DNA of 40,301 nucleotides from a virus: UHGV virus genome UHGV-0127505; one strand, 5' to 3'. Shown piece by piece: positions 33,247 to 40,301 of this stretch (position 1 is its first letter; each line of letters starts with the position of its first letter). The notes under the pieces were generated by a model. It saw only the letters and a program-made list of their open reading frames with translations, ran no database searches and was not told where the DNA came from. The position numbers and the translations under genes were made by a program.

Positions 33247-33987
33247 ATGCCAACACCAAATCCTCTGGCACCGGTGAAAGGGGCCGGGACCACACTGTGG
33301 GTTTATAACGGGAGCGGCGACCCTTATGCAAACCCGCTTTCAGACAATGACTGGTCGCGTCTGGCAAAGGTTAAAGACCTGACGCCCGGCGAACTGACCG
33401 CTGAGTCCTATGACGACAGTTATCTCGATGATGAAGATGCGGACTGGACCGCGACCGGACAGGGGCAGAAATCTGCCGGAGATACCAGCTTCACGCTGGC
33501 GTGGATGCCCGGAGAGCAGGGGCAGCAGGCGCTGCTGGCGTGGTTTAATGAAGGGGATACCCGTGCCTATAAAATCCGCTTCCCGAACGGCACGGTCGAT
33601 GTGTTCCGCGGCTGGGTCAGCAGTATCGGTAAGGCGGTGACGGCGAAGGACGTGATCACCCGCACGGTGAAAGTCACCAACGTAGGACGTCCGTCGATGG
33701 CAGAAGATCGCAGCACGGTAACAGCGGCAACCGGTATGACCGTGACGCCAGCCAGCGCTTCCGTAGTGAAAGGGAAGAGCACCACGCTGACCGTGGCATT
33801 CCAGCCGGAAGGCGCAACCGACAAGAGCTTCCGTGCGGTGTCAGCGGATAAAACAAAAGCCACCGTGTCGGTCAGTGGTATGACCATCACCGTGAAAGGC
33901 GTTGCTGCAGGTAAGGTCAACATTCCGGTTGTATCCGGTAATGGTGAACTTGCTGCGGTTGCAGAAATTACCGTCACCGCCAGTTAA
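33247..33987 (+). CDS. V: Major tail tube protein V (with C-terminal Ig-like domain)
   Basis: 246 aa from [20 protein letters not shown]... Confidence 0.95.
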   Translation: MPTPNPLAPVKGAGTTLWVYNGSGDPYANPLSDNDWSRLAKVKDLTPGELTAESYDDSYLDDEDADWTATGQGQKSAGDTSFTLAWMPGEQGQQALLAWFNEGDTRAYKIRFPNGTVDVFRGWVSSIGKAVTAKDVITRTVKVTNVGRPSMAEDRSTVTAATGMTVTPASASVVKGKSTTLTVAFQPEGATDKSFRAVSADKTKATVSVSGMTITVKGVAAGKVNIPVVSGNGELAAVAEITVTAS

Positions 33988-34002
33988 TCCGGAGAGTCAG
34001 AG

Positions 34003-34425
34003 ATGTTCCTGAAAACCGAATCATTTGAACATAACGGTGTGACCGTCACGCTTTCTGAACTGTCAGCCCTGCAGCGTATTGAGCATCTCGCCCTGATGAA
34101 ACGGCAGGCAGAACAGGCGGAGTCAGACAGCAACCGGAAGTTTACTGTGGAAGACGCCATCAGAACCGGCGCGTTTCTGGTGGCGATGTCCCTGTGGCAT
34201 AACCATCCGCAGAAGACGCAGATGCCTTCCATGAATGAAGCCGTTAAACAGATTGAGCAGGAAGTGCTTACCACCTGGCCCACGGAGGCAATTTCTCATG
34301 CTGAAAACGTGGTGTACCGGCTGTCCGGTATGTATGAGTTTGTGGTGAATGATGCTCCTGAACAGACAGAGGACGCCGGGCCTGCAGAGCCTGTTTCTGC
34401 GGGAAAGTGTTCGATGGTGAGCTGA
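34003..34425 (+). CDS. G: Tail assembly chaperone G
   Basis: 140 aa; slippery heptamer GGGAAAG at 34401-34407 near its 3' end. Confidence 0.92.
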   Translation: MFLKTESFEHNGVTVTLSELSALQRIEHLALMKRQAEQAESDSNRKFTVEDAIRTGAFLVAMSLWHNHPQKTQMPSMNEAVKQIEQEVLTTWPTEAISHAENVVYRLSGMYEFVVNDAPEQTEDAGPAEPVSAGKCSMVS

Positions 34426-34841
34426 GTTTCGCCCTGAAACTGGCGCGTGAGATGGGGCGACCCGACTGGCGTGCCATGCTTGCCGGGATGTCATCCACGG
34501 AGTATGCCGACTGGCACCGCTTTTACAGTACCCATTATTTTCATGATGTTCTGCTGGATATGCACTTTTCCGGGCTGACGTACACCGTGCTCAGCCTGTT
34601 TTTCAGCGATCCGGATATGCATCCGCTGGATTTCAGTCTGCTGAACCGGCGCGAGGCTGACGAAGAGCCTGAAGATGATGTGCTGATGCAGAAAGCGGCA
34701 GGGCTTGCCGGAGGCGTTCGTTTTGGCCCGGACGGGAATGAAGTTATCCCCGCTTCCCCGGATGTGGCGGACATGACGGAGGATGACGTAATGCTGATGA
34801 CAGTATCAGAAGGGATCGCAGGAGGAGTCCGGTATGGCTGA
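34407..34841 (+). CDS. T: T frame of the tail assembly chaperone, expressed as a G-T fusion by programmed -1 frameshift
   Basis: Open -1 frame continuing from the GGGAAAG slip site to the start of H, as in lambda. Confidence 0.85.
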   Translation: MFDGELSFALKLAREMGRPDWRAMLAGMSSTEYADWHRFYSTHYFHDVLLDMHFSGLTYTVLSLFFSDPDMHPLDFSLLNRREADEEPEDDVLMQKAAGLAGGVRFGPDGNEVIPASPDVADMTEDDVMLMTVSEGIAGGVRYG

Positions 34842-37413
34842 ACCGGTAGGCGATCTGGTCGTTGATTTAAGTCTGGATGCGGCCAGATTTGACGAGCAGA
34901 TGGCCAGAGTCAGGCGTCATTTTTCCGGTACGGAAACTGATGCGAAAAAAACAGCGGCAGTCGTTGAACAGTCGCTGAGCCGACAGGCGCTGGCTGCACA
35001 GAAAGCGGGGATTTCCGTCGGGCAGTATAAAGCCGCCATGCGTATGCTGCCTGCACAGTTCACCGACGTGGCCACGCAGCTTGCAGGCGGGCAAAGTCCG
35101 TGGCTGATCCTGCTGCAACAGGGTGGTCAGGTTAAGGACTCCTTCGGCGGGATGATCCCCATGTTCAGGGGGCTTGCCGGTGCGATCACCCTGCCGATGG
35201 TGGGGGCCACCTCGCTGGCGGTGGCGACCGGTGCGCTGGCGTATGCCTGGTATCAGGGCAACTCAACCCTGTCCGATTTCAACAAAACGCTGGTCCTTTC
35301 CGGCAATCAGGCGGGACTGACGGCAGATCGTATTCTGGCCCTGTCCAGAGCCGGGCAGGCGGCAGGGCTGACGTTTAACCAGACCAGCGAGTCACTGACG
35401 GCGCTGGTGAATGCCGGTGTGCGTGGTGGTGAGCAGTTTGAGGCGATCAGCCAGAGTGTGGCGCGTTTCTCCTCTGCATCCGGCGTGGAGGTGGACAAGG
35501 TCGCTGAAGCCTTCGGGAAGCTGACCACAGACCCGACGTCGGGACTGACAGCGATGGCACGTCAGTTCCATAACGTGACGGCGGAGCAGATTGCGTATGT
35601 TGCTCAGTTGCAGCGTTCCGGAGATGAAGCCGGGGCATTGCAGGCGGCGAACGAGGCCGCAACGAAAGGGTTTGATGACCAGACCCGCCGCCTGAAAGAG
35701 AACATGGGCACGCTGGAGACCTGGGCAGACAGGACAGCACGGGCATTCAAATCCATGTGGGATTCGGTGCTGGATATTGGTCGCCCGGACACTGCCCAGG
35801 GAATGCTGGAGAAAGCAGAAAAGGCTTTTGATGAGGCGGACAAAAAATGGCAGTGGTATCAGAGCCGGAGCCACCGGCGCGGTAAAACCTCAGCATTTCT
35901 TGCCAATCTCCGGGGAGCATGGGAGAAGAGAGCGAATGCGCAACTTGGGCTTTCAGCCGCCACGTTGCAGGCCGATCTTGAAAAGGCCAGAGAGATGGCA
36001 GCAAAGGACTGGGCCGAGTCTGAGGCATCACGGCTGAAATATACCGAAGAGGCGCAGAAGGCTTACGAACGCCTGCAGACGCCGCTGGAGAAATATACCG
36101 CCCGTCAGGAAGAACTGAACAAGTCACTGAAGGACGGGAAAATTCTGCAGGCAGATTACAACACGCTGATGGCGGCGGCGAAAAAGGACTATGAAGCGAC
36201 GCTGAAAAAGCCGAAACAGTCCGGCGTGAAGGTGTCTGCGGGCGATCGTCAGGAACACAGTGCTCATGCTGCCCTGCTGACGCTTCAGGCAGAACTCCGG
36301 ACGCTGGAGAAGCATGCCGGAGCAAATGAGAAAATCAGCCAGCAGCGCCGGGATTTGTGGAAGGCGGAGAGTCAGTTCGCGGTACTGGAGGAGGCGGCGC
36401 AACGTCGCCAGCTGTCTGCACAGGAGAAATCCCTGCTGGCGCATAAAGATGAGACGCTGGAGTACAAACGCCAGCTGGCTGCACTTGGCGACAAGGTTAC
36501 GTATCAGGAGCGCCTGAACGCGCTGGCGCAGCAGGCGGATAAGTTCGCACAGCAACAACGGGCAAAACGGGCAGCCATTGAGGCGAAAAACCGGGGGCTT
36601 ACTGACCGGCAGGCAGCGCGGGAAGCCACAGAACAGCGCCTGAAGGAACAGTATGGCGATAATTCGCTGGCGCTGAATAACGTCATGTCAGAGCAGAAAA
36701 AGACCTGGGCGGCTGAAGACCAGCTTCGCGGGAGCTGGATGGCAGGCCTCAGGTCCGGCTGGAGTGAGTGGGAAGAGAGCGCCACGGACAGTATGTCGCA
36801 GGTTAAAAGTGCAGCCACGCAGACCTTTGATGGTATTGCGCAGAATATGGCGGCGATGCTGACCGGCAGTGAGCAGAACTGGCGCAGCTTCACCCGTTCC
36901 GTGCTGTCCATGATGACAGAAATTCTGCTTAAGCAGGCAATGGTGGGGATTGTCGGGAGTATCGGCAGCGCCATTGGCGGGGCTGTTGGTGGCGGCGCAT
37001 CCGCATCAGGCGGTACAGCCATTCAGGCCGCTGCGGCGAAATTCCATTTTGCAACCGGAGGATTTACGGGAACCGGCGGCAAATATGAGCCAGCGGGGAT
37101 TGTTCACCGTGGTGAATTTGTCTTCACGAAGGAGGCAACCAGCCGAATTGGTGTCGGCAACCTGTACCGCCTGATGCGGGGCTATGCGGAAGGTGGTTAT
37201 GTGGGCGGTGCCGGAAGTCCGGCGCAGATGCGGCGGGCTGAAGGCATTAATTTTAATCAGAACAATCACGTGGTGATTCAGAACGACGGTACGAATGGTC
37301 TGCCAGGTCCACAGATGATGAAAGCAGTGTATGACATGGCCCGCAAGGGTGCCCGTGATGAAATTCAGACACAGATGCGTGATGGTGGCCTGTTCTCCGG
37401 AGGTGGACGATGA
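34834..37413 (+). CDS. H: Tail tape-measure protein H
   Basis: 859 aa, coiled-coil rich; lambda H position. Confidence 0.95.
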   Translation: MAEPVGDLVVDLSLDAARFDEQMARVRRHFSGTETDAKKTAAVVEQSLSRQALAAQKAGISVGQYKAAMRMLPAQFTDVATQLAGGQSPWLILLQQGGQVKDSFGGMIPMFRGLAGAITLPMVGATSLAVATGALAYAWYQGNSTLSDFNKTLVLSGNQAGLTADRILALSRAGQAAGLTFNQTSESLTALVNAGVRGGEQFEAISQSVARFSSASGVEVDKVAEAFGKLTTDPTSGLTAMARQFHNVTAEQIAYVAQLQRSGDEAGALQAANEAATKGFDDQTRRLKENMGTLETWADRTARAFKSMWDSVLDIGRPDTAQGMLEKAEKAFDEADKKWQWYQSRSHRRGKTSAFLANLRGAWEKRANAQLGLSAATLQADLEKAREMAAKDWAESEASRLKYTEEAQKAYERLQTPLEKYTARQEELNKSLKDGKILQADYNTLMAAAKKDYEATLKKPKQSGVKVSAGDRQEHSAHAALLTLQAELRTLEKHAGANEKISQQRRDLWKAESQFAVLEEAAQRRQLSAQEKSLLAHKDETLEYKRQLAALGDKVTYQERLNALAQQADKFAQQQRAKRAAIEAKNRGLTDRQAAREATEQRLKEQYGDNSLALNNVMSEQKKTWAAEDQLRGSWMAGLRSGWSEWEESATDSMSQVKSAATQTFDGIAQNMAAMLTGSEQNWRSFTRSVLSMMTEILLKQAMVGIVGSIGSAIGGAVGGGASASGGTAIQAAAAKFHFATGGFTGTGGKYEPAGIVHRGEFVFTKEATSRIGVGNLYRLMRGYAEGGYVGGAGSPAQMRRAEGINFNQNNHVVIQNDGTNGLPGPQMMKAVYDMARKGARDEIQTQMRDGGLFSGGGR

Positions 37414-37739
37414 AGACCTTCCGCTGGAAAGTGAAACCCGGTATGGATGTGGCTTCGGTCCCTTCTGTAAGAAAGGTGCGCTTTGGTGATGGCTATTCCC
37501 AGCGAGCGCCTGCCGGGCTGAATGCCAACCTGAAAACGTACAGCGTGACGCTTTCTGTCCCCCGTGAGGAGGCCACGGTACTGGAGTCGTTTCTGGAAGA
37601 GCACGGGGGCTGGAAATCCTTTCTGTGGACGCCGCCTTATGAGTGGCGGCAGATAAAGGTGACCTGCGCAAAATGGTCGTCGCGGGTCAGTATGCTGCGT
37701 GTTGAGTTCAGCGCAGAGTTTGAACAGGTGGTGAACTGA
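37410..37739 (+). CDS. M: Minor tail protein M
   Basis: 109 aa, lambda M size and position. Confidence 0.92.
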   Translation: MKTFRWKVKPGMDVASVPSVRKVRFGDGYSQRAPAGLNANLKTYSVTLSVPREEATVLESFLEEHGGWKSFLWTPPYEWRQIKVTCAKWSSRVSMLRVEFSAEFEQVVN

Positions 37740-38437
37740 TGCAGGATATCCGGCAGGAAACACTGAATGAATGCACCCGTGCGGAGCAGTCGGCCAGCGT
37801 GGTGCTCTGGGAAATCGACCTGACAGAGGTCGGTGGAGAACGTTATTTTTTCTGTAATGAGCAGAACGAAAAAGGTGAGCCGGTTACCTGGCAGGGGCGG
37901 CAGTATCAGGCATACCCCATTCAGGGGACGGGATTTGAACTGAACGGCAAGGGCAGTGCTGCCCGTCCGACACTGACGGTTTCTAACCTGCACGGCATGG
38001 TCACGGGGATGGCGGAAGACCTGCAGAGTCTGGTCGGCGGAACGGTGGTCAGGCGTAAGGTTTACGCCCGTTTTCTGGATGCGGTGAACTTCGTCAACGG
38101 AAACAGCGACGCCGATCCGGAGCAGGAGGTGTTCAGCCGCTGGCGCATCGAGCAGTGCAGCGAACTGAGTGCGGTCAGTGCCTCCTTTGTGTTGTCCACA
38201 CCGACGGAAACGGATGGTGCCGTTTTTCCGGGGCGCATCATGCTGGCTAATACCTGCACCTGGACCTATCGCGGTGATGAGTGCGGTTATCACGGCCCGG
38301 CTGTCGCGGATGAATATGATCAGCCGACGTCCGATATCACGAAGGATAAATGCAGCAAATGCCTGAGTGGCTGTAAGTTTCGCAATAATGTCGGCAACTT
38401 TGGCAGCTTCCTTTCCATTAACAAACTTTCGCAGTAA
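37739..38437 (+). CDS. L: Minor tail protein L
   Basis: 232 aa, lambda L size and position. Confidence 0.92.
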   Translation: MQDIRQETLNECTRAEQSASVVLWEIDLTEVGGERYFFCNEQNEKGEPVTWQGRQYQAYPIQGTGFELNGKGSAARPTLTVSNLHGMVTGMAEDLQSLVGGTVVRRKVYARFLDAVNFVNGNSDADPEQEVFSRWRIEQCSELSAVSASFVLSTPTETDGAVFPGRIMLANTCTWTYRGDECGYHGPAVADEYDQPTSDITKDKCSKCLSGCKFRNNVGNFGSFLSINKLSQ

Positions 38438-38442
38438 ATCCC

Positions 38443-39186
38443 ATGACAGAGACAGAATCAGCGATTCTGGCGCACGCCCGGCGATGTGCGCCAGCGGAGT
38501 CGTGCGGCTTCGTGGTGAGAACGCCGGAGGGGGAAAGATATTTTCCCTGCGTGAATATCTCCGGTGAGCCGGAGGAGTATTTCCGGATGTCGCCGGAGGA
38601 CTGGCTGCGGGCAGAAATGCAGGGTGAGATTGTGGCGCTGGTCCACAGCCACCCCGGTGGTCTGCCCTGGCTGAGTGAGGCTGACCGGCGGCTGCAGGTG
38701 CAGAGTGATTTGCCGTGGTGGCTGGTCTGCCGGGGGGAGATTCATAAATTCCGCTGTGTGCCGCATCTCACCGGGCGGCGCTTTGAGCACGGGGTGACGG
38801 ACTGTTACACGCTGTTCCGGGATGCTTACCATCTGGCGGGGATTGAGATGCCGGATTTTCATCGCGGGGATGACTGGTGGCGTAACGGTCAGAATCTCTA
38901 TCTGGATAATCTGGAGGCCACAGGGCTGTATCAGGTGCCGTTGTCAGCGGCGCAGCCGGGCGATGTGCTGCTGTGCTGTTTTGGTTCATCGGTGCCGAAT
39001 CATGCCGCCATTTACTGTGGTGACGGCGAGCTGCTGCACCATATTCCTGAACAACTGAGCAAACGAGAGAGGTATACCGACAAATGGCAGCGACGCACAC
39101 ACTCCCTCTGGCGTCACCGGGCATGGCGCGCATCTGCCTTTACGGGGATTTACAACGATTTGGCCGCCGCATCGACCTTCGTGTGA
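38443..39186 (+). CDS. K: Tail tip assembly protein K (full-length ORF; the usual 199-aa lambda annotation would start at 38587)
   Basis: 247-aa ORF; its C-terminal 199 aa correspond to lambda K; overlaps I as in lambda. Confidence 0.85.
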   Translation: MTETESAILAHARRCAPAESCGFVVRTPEGERYFPCVNISGEPEEYFRMSPEDWLRAEMQGEIVALVHSHPGGLPWLSEADRRLQVQSDLPWWLVCRGEIHKFRCVPHLTGRRFEHGVTDCYTLFRDAYHLAGIEMPDFHRGDDWWRNGQNLYLDNLEATGLYQVPLSAAQPGDVLLCCFGSSVPNHAAIYCGDGELLHHIPEQLSKRERYTDKWQRRTHSLWRHRAWRASAFTGIYNDLAAASTFV

Positions 39187-39755
39187 AAACGGGGGCTGAA
39201 GCCATCCGGGCGCTGGCCACACAGCTCCCGGCGTTTCGTCAGAAACTGAGCGACGGCTGGTATCAGGTACGGATTGCCGGGCAGGATGTCAGCACGTCCG
39301 GATTAACGGCGCAGTTACATGAGACTCTGCCTGATGGCGCTGTGATTCATATTGTTCCCAGAGTCGCCGGGGCCAAGTCAGGTGGCGTATTCCAGATTGT
39401 CCTGGGGGCTGCCGCCATTGCCGGATCATTCTTTACCGCCGGGGCCACCCTTGCAGCATGGGGGGCAGCCATTGGGGCCGGTGGTATGACCGGCATCCTG
39501 TTTTCTCTCGGTGCCAGTATGGTGCTCGGTGGTGTGGCGCAGATGCTGGCACCGAAAGCCAGAACTCCCCGTACACAGACAACGGATAACGGCAAACAGA
39601 ACACCTATTTCTCCTCACTGGATAACATGGTTGCCCAGGGCAATGTTCTGCCGGTTCTGTACGGTGAAATGCGCGTGGGGTCACGCGTGGTTTCTCAGGA
39701 GATCAGCACGGCAGACGAAGGGGACGGTGGTCAGGTTGTGGTGATTGGTCGCTGA
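39084..39755 (+). CDS. I: Tail tip assembly protein I
   Basis: 223 aa, lambda I size and position. Confidence 0.92.
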   Translation: MAATHTLPLASPGMARICLYGDLQRFGRRIDLRVKTGAEAIRALATQLPAFRQKLSDGWYQVRIAGQDVSTSGLTAQLHETLPDGAVIHIVPRVAGAKSGGVFQIVLGAAAIAGSFFTAGATLAAWGAAIGAGGMTGILFSLGASMVLGGVAQMLAPKARTPRTQTTDNGKQNTYFSSLDNMVAQGNVLPVLYGEMRVGSRVVSQEISTADEGDGGQVVVIGR

Positions 39756-39815
39756 TGCAAAATGTTTTATGTGAAACCGCCTGCGGGCGGTTTTGTCGTT
39801 TATGGAGCGTGAGGA

Positions 39816-40301
39816 ATGGGTAAAGGAAGCAGTAAGGGGCATACCCCGCGCGAAGCGAAGGACAACCTGAAGTCCACGCAGTTGCTGAGTGTGATTGATG
39901 CCATCAGTGAAGGGCCGATTGAAGGTCCGGTGGATGGATTAAAAAGCGTGCTGCTGAACAGTACGCCGGTGCTGGACAGTGATGGGAATACCAACATCGC
40001 CGGTGTCACGGTGGTGTTCCGGGCTGGTGAGCAGGAGCAGACTCCGCCGGAGGGATTTGAATCCTCCGGCTCCGAGACGGTGTTGGGTACGGAAGTGAAA
40101 TACGACACGCCGATCACCCGCGCCATCACGTCGGCAAACATCGACCGACTGCGCTTTACCTTCGGCGTGCAGGCACTGGTGGAAACCACCTCAAAGGGGG
40201 ACCGGAATCCGTCGGAAGTTCGCCTGCTGGTTCAGATACAGCGTAATGGTGGCTGGGTGACGGAAAAAGACATCACCATTAAGGGCAAAACCACCTCGCA
40301 G
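39816..40301 (+). CDS. J: Tail tip / host-specificity protein J, 5' partial (continues beyond the window)
   Basis: ATG at 39816 (MGKGSSKGHTPREAKDNLKSTQLLSVIDAISEGPIEG...); open to the window end. Confidence 0.92.
   Translation, partial: MGKGSSKGHTPREAKDNLKSTQLLSVIDAISEGPIEGPVDGLKSVLLNSTPVLDSDGNTNIAGVTVVFRAGEQEQTPPEGFESSGSETVLGTEVKYDTPITRAITSANIDRLRFTFGVQALVETTSKGDRNPSEVRLLVQIQRNGGWVTEKDITIKGKTTSQ

Overview
The window starts with the host gene ybhC (1..1284, minus strand) and then enters an integrated lambdoid prophage at the classic lambda attachment site (15-bp core GCTTTTTTATACTAA at 1331..1345). The prophage runs to the end of the window, where tail gene J is cut off. It is a mosaic. The left arm (int, xis, ea8.5, ea22, exo, bet, gam) and the whole head/tail block (cos, nu1 through J) are essentially lambda. 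The immunity region, the nin region and the Q/lysis region are not lambda: Q, a reverse-strand porin, pinholin, SAR endolysin and Rz/Rz1 resemble the DLP12 / phage 21 arrangement. The strongest candidate for a new system is a very AT-rich 644-aa gene (7642..9576, minus) with an N-terminal SIR2-like domain, sitting exactly where lambda carries rexA-rexB, between cI and OL. It is followed by a 29-aa ORF and a terminator. Other points of interest are two about 100-bp direct repeats with covarying hairpins that bracket a 2.3-kb cassette (Bro-N protein and a possible HEPN protein), a truncated ren next to AT-rich exported and membrane protein genes, and a ribbon-helix-helix/DUF1398 pair next to cos. 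All calls rest on reading the sequence and recalled protein families; no database search was run.
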